DNA of 64,000 bases from Zygnema circumcarinatum SAG 698-1b (taxonomy: Eukaryota; Plantae; Zygnematophyceae), in the NCBI GenBank assembly GCA_037447605.1, contig CM074811.1:1488001-1552000 (forward strand). The letters run 5' to 3'. Numbering within the stretch: the stretch's first letter is position 1; the number at the start of each line of letters is the position of its first letter. This document shows positions 34,106 through 45,900 of the stretch, piece by piece. The notes beneath the pieces were generated by a model, which worked only from the letters and a program-made list of their open reading frames with translations, searched no databases and had not been told where the DNA came from. The position numbers were made by a program, and so were the translations under genes.

Positions 34106-34637
34106 TCCTCTCTCCGTTGCCCTCCCTCCCTCTCTCTTCCCTCCCACCTCCTGCCCTCCCCTCCCTCCCTGCTCTCTTTCTCCCCGCCGACAACACCCTC
34201 CCACCTTTATCCGGACGGCGTTTGCAGGTCGCGCCAGGTGGAGGGCTCAGGGACGCCCACGTGGCGGCTTGGTGCGACTTCCAGCAGGTGCAAGCTCCGC
34301 GCGGCCGCCATAGTTCAAGTGGATACCCACCCTGCTCGACGCTCCTCACAGAAGCACGTTTATCCGAGCGGGGGAAGCGGCGAGAGCGGGCGGGAGAGAG
34401 GGCGAGGACTGGGAGGGAGGGAAAGGGGGCTATGGGCTCTGGGAGTTGAGAGATGGGGGGACAAAGCAATAGCAGCAGCAAGATGGGTGTTGAGCAGTGC
34501 AAGGTCTGAGTGAAGAGGGAGCGCGCTATGAAAGCACAAGCTCGTCCTCTTCTCTTCCCTCCTTCGATTCCGCCACTCGCCTTCTCTTGAGTAGCCGTCT
34601 AGCGAGACCTAGCAGCAGCAAGGGAGACTGTTTCGCC

Positions 34638-36304
34638 ATGGAAGAGGATAACAGTGAGCTGATGCTAGAAGCGGAGCTCAGCAGCGCTACTCTCGCAGCA
34701 CTGCGGGAGTTTCAGGCAGCAAATTCCGCAGCTGCTGATGAGGCTGGCGATGAGAGAAGCAGTGATCCGTTTGCTGAAGATTGGAGGATGAGCCAGTTCT
34801 GGTATGACAGCACAACAGCGCAGCTCCTGGGAGAGGTGGTGATGGAGCTCAGTGACAACGGACGTCTCCGGATAGCCTGCGTTGCATGCCCTTCACTGTT
34901 CCGCGAGCTTAAGGTGTGAAATGTATGTACTCTATGAGACAAGCATGGCTGAAACTCAAGTTCAAATGCAAATGAACTGTGGTGGAGGAGGTTGGTGGCA
35001 AAAATGTATCTGTAGTGGACGTTTTGCCCCTTGTAATCACGGCTGGATTGCTGATACTCTGATCGTCACGACTGCTTAGAGCCCGCATATTTCGATTTAG
35101 TCATTTTTGTACCTTTTGGGCATTTTTCACAGACTAATCATCCGGAGGCGAATGTGCAATTACTGGAATATGATCAACGCTTTGCCTTCTTTGAAGGTCA
35201 ATTCACGTTTTACGATTATAACGAGCCATTGGCTGTGCCGGAGGCTCTAGTGCATTCCTTTGAAGTCGTTGTGGCGGACCCGCCATACTTGGTACAGCCT
35301 TTTTCTCCATATGCTTCATTACTTCCATGGACGCAGTTCCTTGCATCGCCATTATCTGCGGCTATGCACCTGAAATTCATTCTCAACTGTGAACATAAAA
35401 TGTTAACAACACCAACATGTAATATTTAAGATCAAATTGTCCTGTTTACTTCTGAGTCTATTGAAGTGATGACCTGGAGAAGCCAGGAAAACGATGGCAG
35501 AAGCAGCCTTTGCAAAGTTGATGACTTTTGTATAAACCGCTCTTGTTCTGCCAAGAAATACTTGAACTTAAACTTGGTGATGTCCTCTCTTGACTCGGTA
35601 TGAAGAATGATGCTGCCTGAAGCTTGAAGCTTCCATCAACAAGCGCATTTATCAGGGACTGTGTTGTACCATTCCAGTGAAATTCAAAGCGTTTGAAATA
35701 TGCAGCGTCCTGCCATCCCGTACAAGCTGGAGAATATTTTGTAACTTTGTGGCTAAGATCCGGGGGCCTGTGACAGAGTGAAGAGTGTTTGGAGAAAACT
35801 GCAGAGACCATGAAACTGCTCTCCAGACTGCCGAAGAGTTCCCCTTTGATTCTGCTCACAGGTGAGCACAGACTCCCTTTCAGATGCTTCATGTATGACA
35901 ACAGTTTTGCGAGTGAGGACAATCTAACTAACAACTAGAAACGGGACTTGAAAGGAAGACAATAATGGAATATTATTAGGTTTTTGGCGTTGTTCTGCTC
36001 TCTTCAGTCTTTACTTACATTGCGAGCAAGTGAAAGAAGGGGAGGATTCCAGGTGTGAGATTCACTGATAGACTTGCAGCCAAGATTTCCTGATAGACTG
36101 AAGGGGTGCATAAATTGTGCTCAATGGTCAGGTGCTGTGCAAAACGAGAGAGCTCAGAAACATTTAGGACTCCGGCCATGCAAGTTCCGCCCGCAGCATA
36201 CAAGAAAGCTGGGCAATGAATTTAGGGTCTTTACGAATTTTGAGTCAAAACGGTTGGGAGGATGGGACGATGAGGAGGAGGAGGAGCAGGAAGTCAAGGA
36301 CTGA
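34638..36304 (+). CDS. EEF1AKMT1: eEF1A lysine methyltransferase 1 (N6AMT2/Efm5 family), 230 aa; exons 34638-34913, 35133-35291, 35777-35861, 36132-36304
   Basis: Motifs include [67 protein letters not shown] and [19 protein letters not shown]. Confidence 0.92.
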
Positions 36305-36920
36305 GCTTTCATTTTTTTTTTTTTTCAAAATTTTTGTTTTACTTCATCATGTGCTGAAACGCCCGGGTCTAATAGCTGCCCCGTCTGCCTATATCAACAT
36401 TTTTTGTGACTATCTTCGCTGTGGCAGCTGCACTTCCGAACGTTGAAACTTTTTTTCTCTAGAACCTTTTTTTTTTTTTTTCTACCTGCTGATAGTGAGG
36501 AGGTTGTGAGAGAGCCATATCAGGCAGATACAGGCAGGGAAGGAGGGGACAAGATGGGAGGGGAGAGGAGGAGAGAGGAGACTAAGGGCTTGAAGGAGAA
36601 GATAGGTACAAAGGAAAGAGAGACCTGCTGTAAACATCTGCCCCAATTTCCAATTGACCGATCGTATGATCCAGAAGGTGTGAATTGGAATTTGGTGGAG
36701 CTGCCTCTCTCGTCTCCATGTGTGTGTTTGAGCCTGTTACAGCGTGTAGTTCGTCTTTAGACGACATAGAACAGCCTGGTTCATTGCTAACAGTTTCAAT
36801 TTTTCAAGTGCCCGTGTTTGCCTGCCTGAAGTGCCACGGCAACTGCAAACGGCCTTGCCAATTCCCCAGCAATGCATGCATTTCATTCAGACAGCCTTTC
36901 CATAAGAAATTTGCTCGTGA

Positions 36921-37145
36921 TGGTCCCTCTCCCTCCCCTCCCCCTCCCCCTCCCCCTCCCCCTCCCCCTCCCCCTCCCCCATCCCCCCTCCCCCTCCCCC
37001 TCCCCCTCCCCCTCCCCTTCCCCCTCCCCCTCCCCCCTCCCCCTCCCCTTCCCCCTCCCCCTCCCCCCTCCCCCTCCCCCTCCCCTCCCCCTCCCCCTCC
37101 CCCTCCCCCCTCCCCTCCCCTTCCCCTCTCCCTTTCCCTCTCCCC
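36921..37145. repeat. (CCCCTC)n polypyrimidine tract
   Basis: Directly visible. Confidence 0.95.
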
Positions 37146-37379
37146 TAGGTCATCATCATACTCCCCTTCCCATCTCACAAAGCTTTTGGCCAATACATGG
37201 CAAGCCGAAAACAAGGGCGGACAAAAATAAAGAAGCGCGCCCTTCCTATGGATCGACCCCGGAACCTCCTTCGCCCGTCTGCATGCACATGGCAACCTCC
37301 TTTGGCCCGTCTCCATGCACATGCCAGTTCGACTGTTGCCCTCATTCGCCGTTAAACTGTCCAAACTGCCGCATAGCGA

Positions 37380-37920
37380 CCATGGCCACGTCAGCAGATC
37401 CTAAAGGTCAACCCGAGAGCTCTGACTGGTCCGTGCCTCCTCGGGCAGCCACTGAAAATTTTCCACGTTTCAGCACGATCACCACGTGGCGCCATCCCAT
37501 TGGTCTATCTTCCGAGTGGAAGGGCCGCGGCGGCCGGAGCTCCTCCCCGCCGGAGGGGCCGCCCGCTATCATCATTTTTGTCCGTACCCAAAAGGACAAT
37601 ACCAACCCTCCGTTCGTACGCTCAACCTTGCCACCGTGGCTTTTTTTTACAGGAACGTCGCGCCTCTTTGTACGGTCACCTTTGCCATGTGGCGCCCTCT
37701 CACGGGTCCACGTCAGCGACCTTCTCCGACCTCAAATGTCGCCCCGCCCGCGCGGCGCGCTGGCGGCCCAAGCCCGCCTCAGGGGCCAACCGCCGGGCGC
37801 CACGTGGCTCCGCGGATCGCGGGGCCAACACGTGCGGGCGCCCCTTTGTCCCCCGGCGGGGCAGTGGTGGGCGGCGCTTTGCGGGGCGGGGGGACGCGCG
37901 GGCCCCAAGCGACACGTGGT
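37380..37920 (+). promoter_or_regulatory. G-box/ACGT cluster upstream of nitrate reductase
   Basis: CACGTG occurs at 37483, 37801, 37829 and 37913. CCACGTCAGC occurs twice, at 37386 and 37708. The context is GC- and CpG-rich. Confidence 0.5.
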
Positions 37921-38000
37921 GTAGGGGGCTCGCCGGGCTGGGGCATAAGGGAGAGGGAGGTAAAGAGGGAGAGAGATAGCGAGAAGCAGAGAGAGAGAGA

Positions 38001-41000
38001 ATGGCTCCCATTGCAGGGCTCGGGGCGACAGTGGCGAGGGTGGAGGACGGCGCAGGGCTGGGAATGCAGCTTGAAAGGAAAGGCATGGCGCAAGGCAAGG
38101 AGAATGGGGTCTGGAGGACGACCAGAGAGGAGGAGAAGGCGGTTGAGGAGGAGGAGGAGGAGGAGGAGGGAGAGGAAGAGAGGTACGAGGATTTGCTGAA
38201 GAGATGGAAAATTTCGCACGTGGAAGTGAGCCACGTGGACCCGCGGGACGTCGGCACGCCTGACACGTGGGTGCGACGACACCCGGAGTTGGTGCGGCTT
38301 ACGGGGCGGCACCCCTTCAACTGCGAGCCCCCCCTTGCGCGGCTCGTGCAGGCGGGCTTCATCACGCCCACCGCGCTGCACTTCGTGCGGAACCACGGGG
38401 CGGTGCCGCAGGTGGCGGAGCGGGAGGGCGACAACTGGACGGTGGAGATCAAGGGCCTGCTCAAGCGGCCGCAAATCCTGACCGTCGCGCAGCTGAAGGC
38501 CATGCCGGCGAGGAGCCTCCCTGTGACTTTGGTGTGTGCGGGGAACCGGCGGAAGGAGGAGAACATGATCAAGCAGACGATAGGGTTCAGCTGGGGGGCC
38601 GCGGCAGTGAGCACTACTGTGTGGAGGGGTGTGCGCCTGAGCGACGTGCTCAAGCACTGCGGCATTATGTCCTGGAAGAAGGGGGCGAGGCATGTGTGCT
38701 TTGAAGGGGCCGAGACTTTACCGGGAGGGGGAGGGAGTAAGTATGGGACGAGCATACGCAGGGAGTTGGCTATGGAAGAAGCTAACGATATTCTGCTCGC
38801 GTATGAGCAGAACGGGAGGCCGCTTACTCCTGATCATGGGTTTCCGATCCGCATGATTATTCCCGGCTTTATTGGAGGGCGCATGGTGAAGTGGTTGAAG
38901 ACGATTGAAGTGAAGGATGTGGAGTCCAGCAGCCACTACCATTACAATGACAATCGCGTGCTGCCCTCGCACGTGGACGCAGAGAAAGCCACTGCTGAAG
39001 GTAAATTCTGCAGACTATCTGCTGCTTTTACCTGGAATGGTGGAGTTTATGTCGATTAGCAGACTGAAATTGGCACGGCCACGGCAGGTTGCTTGTTCTT
39101 GTTCTTCGCTGTGACCTTAAAGTCTATGAAATTAAACCCAAAATTGTCAATTTGACACCAAATTTACGTTCTTCCTCCTAGTTGCGACTCTGAAGGCTGG
39201 TGAAGCTGGCCCTACAAGAGTCGGCTTGACGCTAAATTTGCACGTTCTTTACTGGCAATGAGTGCTGAAAGTATGATCGCGGTGTGCAGGGTGGTGGTAC
39301 AAGCCCGAGTACATCATCACGGAGCTGAACATCAACTCCTGCATCACCAGTCCGAGCCACGGAGAGGTGCTGCCCATCACAGCGCACAATGCAGCAGAGC
39401 CTTACATCATGAAGGGCTATGCCTACACAGGTGAGCCTCTTCATCCCACCTCCACGGGCTTCAATTAAAACCTCAACTCGAAATCTAATTCAATAATTAA
39501 TCAATCATTAATCAGTTGATTAATTAATCACTCTACTTTTTTGGAATTAGCTCTTGAAAACCAAACTAAACGAAGCTTAAAAGATGGCTGTTCTGAATCT
39601 GCTGCAATTGTTGAACTTGCAGGCGGAGGCCGTAAAGTGATCCGTGTGGAGGTTTCCCTCGATCACGGAGTCACGTGGCGACTTACCAACATCACGTACA
39701 ACGAGCAGCCGACTCCCCATGGAAGATGGTGGTGCTGGGTGTTTTGGTCTCTCCCTGTGGACGTCATGGAGCTCATGCAGGCCAAGGAACTCGTTGTCAG
39801 AGCATGGGACGCGGGCATGAACACGCAGCCGCAGCACCTCACATGGAACGTCATGGTGAGTTAGGGTCAGGGTTAGGGGTAGGGGTAGGGTTGAGTTTCT
39901 TCAGAACTCTGCTCTCACATGGCACGGGGGAGTATGGGTTGGTGCTGCTGCTGTTGTCTCGTGAGCTATGAGATGAGAGAGAGAGAGAAAGTGAGTGAAA
40001 AGTGGGCAGAATGTGACTTGTGGGGGGTTCGGATTCTGCAGGGAATGATGAATAACTGTTGGTTCCGAGTGAAAATTCAACCCACTCGCCCTAAGGAAGG
40101 AGGGCTTGGACTGTCGTTTGAGCATCCAACTCGGCCTGGAAACGAGAGCGGAGGGTGGATGGTGAAGAACGAGGAGGAGAAGGCTGAGGTGAAGGCCAAG
40201 CCTATGAGCAAGAGTGTTTCCTCCCCCGGATTGTCCGTAGGCGCTCGCAATATCACCATGGATGAGCTCAAAAAGCACGACTCTGAAGAGTCTCCTTGGA
40301 TTGCTATTCACGGGAAGGTGTATGACTGCACGAAGTATTTGGAGGACCATCCTGGTGGCGCAGAGAGCATCATCATCAACGCAGGGACGGATGCAACGGA
40401 AGAGTTTGATGCCATACATTCGAGCAAGGCGAAGGCTCTGTTGGAAGATTTCTTCATCGGATATCTGATCATGCCGGAGACCATGACTCCTGATAACTCT
40501 GTGAGGGGAGGGTCCCTATTCAGACCACCTTCACTGGCGACTATAACGGAGAAAGTTGAGACTCTCGCAGTGGAGCAGAAGCTGATTGCGTTGAATCCGA
40601 GACAAAGAATTCCCTTTAAGCTCATAGAGAAGCACGTTCTGAGTCACGATACGCGGCGATTCAGGTTCGCTTTGCAGAGTCCGGAGCATGTTCTTGGACT
40701 GCCCGTTGGCAAGCACATGTTTCTCTCAGCCACTATTGATGGGAAGTTTGTGATGAGGGCCTACACACCCACGAGTTCCGACGACGAAATCGGCTACTTT
40801 GACCTTGTTGTGAAGGTTTACTTCAAGGGAGTAGTGGAGCAGTTCCCTCTTGGAGGCCTAATGTCGCAGCATTTGGACTCTCTCGCTATCGGAGAGACCA
40901 TAGATGTGAAGGGCCCCACAGGGCACATTCACTACACAGGGAGAGGGAACTTCACTGTCAACGGAAAACCTAAATTCTGCAGGAAGATGGCGATGATGGC

Positions 41001-41370
41001 GGGAGGTACAGGTATCACTCCCATGTATCAGATCATCCAAGCAATTGTGAAGGACCCGGAGGACGAAACAGAGGTTTGGCTCATCTTTGCGAACAGAACC
41101 CACAAGGACATTTTGTTGCAGGAAGACTTGGATGAGTGGGCGAATAACCATAAAAACATTCACATTTGGTATACAATTGAGTCGCCGGGCCCTGCGGGGT
41201 GGCAGTATAGCACGGGTCGCATGTGCGAGCAGATGTTGAGAGAGCACCTCCCTGCAGGAGGGGAGGAAGCGTACGCTTTCATGTGCGGGCCGCCGGGAAT
41301 GATCAAGTTTGCATGCATACCGAATTTGGAGATTATGGGGTATCCGGCAGACCATATGCTCACGTTTTAA
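38001..41370 (+). CDS. NIA: Assimilatory nitrate reductase, 900 aa; exons 38001-39000, 39290-39430, 39623-39855, 40042-41370
   Basis: Moco domain: [29 protein letters not shown]. Dimerisation domain: WCWVFW. Cytochrome b5: [21 protein letters not shown]: [17 protein letters not shown]. Phases are consistent. Confidence 0.98.
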
Positions 41371-42943
41371 AAGAGGGGAGCTTGTGAAGGAGAGTACGCT
41401 AATGGGGACTAGTAGTGGGGGGAAGAAGGCGACTGCAAAGCGCAGTCGCCAGAATTTTTTCTTTAATTTGTATTTTATAAGGAATGCAGTGGGGTAGTAT
41501 CTAGCCATAAAAGCCGTCGGCAGCAATTTTTTTGTTTTTTTTTTTTCCCAGTTTGTTTTGTACACCGTTCTGGGTGCTAGCACGGGCTGCTGCTGCTGCC
41601 GGTAGGAAGGTCCTTCTCTGAGCCGTTTTACAAATGTACAGCCGCAACCTTTCGTAACTTAATGCGAATGTTGATTTGCGGATGCGGAGAGTTGTGATGC
41701 TGACTGGGCCCACGTGGCAGGCCATGCATGCATGCATGGGATGGGGATTTCATGTTGATTGGTCGAAGTGCGTCTCTGGAAGCTGAACATGCTGCAAAAC
41801 ACACATTCAATTTACCTGCCTGGAGGAGAGAGGGAGAGGGAGAGGGTATCGCAAGAAGACATTAGATAAGGACGGAGGCGAAGCGGTACTGAGGCTGCAT
41901 CCGAGCGTTGCTGTCTGATGTTTTCAATATCAAGACTTAGTTAATAATGCTAATTGCTTCCCAGATACTCAATCCCACAAGCCCTTCCAGGCAGCTAAGG
42001 AAATGCCTGTTGCTGTGGACTTGAACGAATGGAAAGGCAGAGAGTTCATTGCTCAAAAGTGAAATGTGGCCATTGCTATACATGTATGCATGTATGGGTG
42101 TACTGCGATGTATGCACATGTACGTGTATATCCCGATGCTGTCTAAGCCCGACCTTTAAGGTCTTAAGAGAGGGATCGACAGCAGGCACTGCACAGCGTA
42201 CATGTGCGCACGCGCATGGGCATAGACTGCACAAGCACGGCATGCGACTGCACATGGCCGTCATGCATGCACATGCATGCATGCCGACGCCAAGTTGATT
42301 CGATCATCGCAACCCGTCGCATGGAGACAGGAATGAAATTGACATGAGAAGCGAATTGGAATTGAATTTATCTCAGAACGGCGACGCCATCCCATGGCCA
42401 TGGGAACCCATGCGGAACGGCCACAAAGGAGAAAGGACCCATGAAACGAAAGGAAGAAAGAAAGCCCAAAGCCCTTTTCCTTCGTTCTAAGGTCCTCTGT
42501 GAGCACTTCCTCGTGGGTCCCCATGTTGTCGTTGTTCTTCGTTTGTCCTAGAAGAAAGAAAGCCCATGAGCGGAACTCTTCCCTCCTGGCAAACATTAGT
42601 CTCGCGGTGGCATGAAAACTTGTTGTTGTTGAAAACAAGAAAGGAAAGAAGCCCACTAGCGCAGTCACATATCGTAGCGTGGACAGAACAGGAACTGAGC
42701 GACTACATGGAACGGCCAGTTCTGACTGGACTGCGACATAGAACCGTGATTCTGCCTGTCGAACTGGACGGCATGTAGCGGGAGAGGGGCGAGGGAGGGA
42801 GGGCTTCTAGGGTTGCAGGGGACGCACCCCGGCCATGGCTGCCGCGCCAGGGGGAGGTCTGCCAGAGGAGGGGGACCTGCTTCAGCGGGGGAGGTTCTGA
42901 CGCGGCAGTGAGGTAGGCGGGGAGTGAGCGGTAGGGTCCGCCC

Positions 42944-45900
42944 ATGAGCAGCTCAAAGAGGTCGAGAGCTCACTCCAAAGGGTGGCTGGAGGAGGAGGGC
43001 GGGGAGGGGGGAGGCAGCAAGGCTCGATCTTCAAGGAAGGGATTAGAGGGGAGCAGTCACAAAACAAAGCGGGGAGAAGGTGAGAAGAGGTCTCCCAAAG
43101 AAAGCAACGATGACAGAGAGGGAAGGCTGCATGGAGGTGACGATTCACCACACCATGGCGGGAGCAAGGGGCGGTCGTCTAGGAAAGCGGTGGAAGGGAG
43201 TGGTAGTAAGCATAAGCGTGCAGAGCATGAGAGGAAGTCTCCCAGAGACAGCGATGATGAGAAAGATGTAAAGCATCACGGACCCGATGATTCGCCTTAT
43301 TATACTCGCAAGCTCCCACAGGAGCTTCCAAGAAAGGCAGAAGGAACGAATTCTAGCACTCACCATAGACAACCGCATGCAGTGGAGTTAGAAAAGAGCC
43401 TTGGGAAAAGTGGAAGCAGAAAAGGTGCAGCCAAAAGTAGCAAACGGCGGCATGAAGAGGCTGGAAACGAGGCGCATGACGATGCTCCGGCTGTGCCTCA
43501 CAAGTCATCCAAGCGAAGTCGAGCTGGAGAGGACAGGCAGCGGTCAACTGCCACGGCAGACCCTGAGGAGGATCGGTGGGCCGTGGGACAGCCTGGCGAA
43601 AATACCTTAGTAGCAGCAGACAATAGAGATGTGGAGGAAGATGCAGGTAATGTTCTGAAACGATTCTTATGTCTTGTATATACGAGTAGAGCGGGAACGA
43701 GTCACTCGGGTCACAGTCACCAGCCTGCCTTTGCGGGATGGAAGGAGACACTTTAGGGGAATGCAGGGGTATAGTCACAGGTCAACTAGGTCATGGGCTG
43801 ACCGCTATCCACTGTGAGCCAAAGTTGTAGCACACAGCGAAGGCTGCATTTTGATGAGTGCCATTTTGCAAGTGTTAAACCGTTTAGGCAAAACTGTACT
43901 CAAGGTCCTCATCACTTGATGGGTACGTCTCGGACAAAGTGACGGGTATTTTGAACTCGTCGGGTATTCTTTAAAGCAATTCCCGTGATAGCTGACCATT
44001 CGTTGAATCGTACCTTACCTTTGGGCTGAAGAATGCCCGTCCTTTCTGAATCAGCATCAAAGTGCATTATTTGCATTTGAGTATAGGAATTGATTTATGC
44101 AAACCTCTCTCCCACTCGACCTTCACCGGCTTTCGTAGTTGAATTCCTTCGTCGGCCTGCAGGCTGTCATGACCTGCATAGATTTTTTTTTTGTCAATCC
44201 CTCTCAACACGGAACCAGGAGTCGAATCTGCTGGTGTCCAACATCATTGTCTCTTCTCCCTTTAAGACATTTGTCCTCCTGCCTTACTGCTTTCTGCCCC
44301 TTTCTCTCTCAGTATATCCACTATTTTGTTTTGTAGTCGACTTGGCCAGCTGTTTGTAAATGGAGATTTTGTAGCAATCTATTTATTTTTCTTTATCAGC
44401 ATTGTCATGATTAAAACCGCGTCGCTGATGTGCTAACTGTCTTACCTTCTTTCCATACTGTTTTACTCCTAGAGTTCCTTGGCGTGCCTTAGTGTTCATA
44501 CGCGTTGGAGAATGTACAAATTATAGGGTGAGGAGAAAAGCAGCTTTTCCTAAACGTTTTTAAGGAGATGATATTAAATGACCTCCGTTAAAGAGCCTTC
44601 TTTGAAAGGTCAAAGGCAAGTCCATAGGGAATAATGGCAGCTAGGTATTCGTGAACAGCAGAGACAGTATTAGAAAGAATTGTAAAAACTAAATAGTTTC
44701 TTGACTTCCATGATTAAGCGAGAATGCCGATCTTCAATAAATTCTGTCCCGCGAACTAGCTTTATGAGTTGTGCAAAGGCGGACCTTTTGCAAAAGCACG
44801 TGCAGAAGAAGGATAGGATGCATATATGGTTTGTAATAGGAGTGGCCTCGTTTCTCAGGAAGTTGGCTAAGCATTGGCCAAGCAACAAACGTATAAGATG
44901 TCTTTTTTTGGATTGGTGGGATGTGAAACTGGCTGGCACACGAGGATATGTTGACTGATGTGCTGCTGCTTAGTTCCCGCAAGGAGGTTTGTAGTTACCT
45001 TAAGGTGAAAAAACTTGATGATTTCTGCAGTTTTCTTTGTTCATGTTCATAGAGATAGTAGAACTTGCTCAGCATCGTTTCAGATTGATGCTTCTTGTTT
45101 TTCCCCTTGGTGAAGTAGCTACAAGTACCGTGCCGAGCCACCAACACACAAGATTTAGCTCAAATTAGTAGCAAATACGGGGTGCCATCCGTATTCCTCT
45201 GTTGGTTTCAATACGTAAAGTATGTGAATGCTGAATTTATGAAAGTTCTCTGTTCCAGTAAACACAACTGGCTGCATTTATTTGTGCAGCAATGTGAGCT
45301 TTAGGCATATACCACCTGACCACCTTACGTTATTGTCGTTGATTTTTGAGAGCAGCAAAGCCGGATATACCGAATGAGAATCGGAATGAGGACCTCGAGC
45401 GAGAGCTTGCAATGCGAAACAAAGGCAGACACCGTGATGAAGGTGGGCGCGAAAATGAAAGAAGTCGACGTGGACGCGAACAGGGTCGGGGGGAGCGTCA
45501 TCGAAGAGGTTTGTCTCATAAAGATCGTGACTTTCAGGATGATAAAGCTAGTAAAGAAGAGTTGGACGAACGGATGAAGGAAAGTAAAGGTAAAGGGGAT
45601 GAGGAGCGAAACGTGCGACCACGAGAAGGAAGGGGAAAGGGGGATGATGTGCGGGACGAGCAGTTGCACGATGTGAGAGGGCGAGGAGATGGGGACCGGG
45701 ATGAACGGTCACGAGATGGGAAGTGGAAAGGAGATGAAGGACGGGATGGACGGACAAAGGAAGGAAAACTTAGAGCAGTTGACGAACCCGAAAGGGTAGG
45801 AGACGGGAAAGGGAGAGGGACTGAAGAACAGAGCGAGCAAATTCGAGGAGGGAAAGGGAGAGGGGATGATGATCGAGATGAACGAGCGAGAGAGGCGAAA

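Noticed and set aside
34638-36304. DNA or RNA N6-adenine methyltransferase, or a functional cluster with the HIZ2-like gene
   Set aside because: The DPPY motif belongs to the N6AMT2/Efm5 family, established as eEF1A protein-lysine methyltransferases. No link to m6A writing follows from it.
37700-38755. 351-aa and 304-aa antisense ORFs overlapping nitrate reductase
   Set aside because: They are shadow ORFs expected from very high GC3, with no recognisable domains.
42391-42404. 14-bp palindrome CCCATGGCCATGGG
   Set aside because: It is isolated, has no associated structure, and is compatible with chance in CATG-rich DNA.
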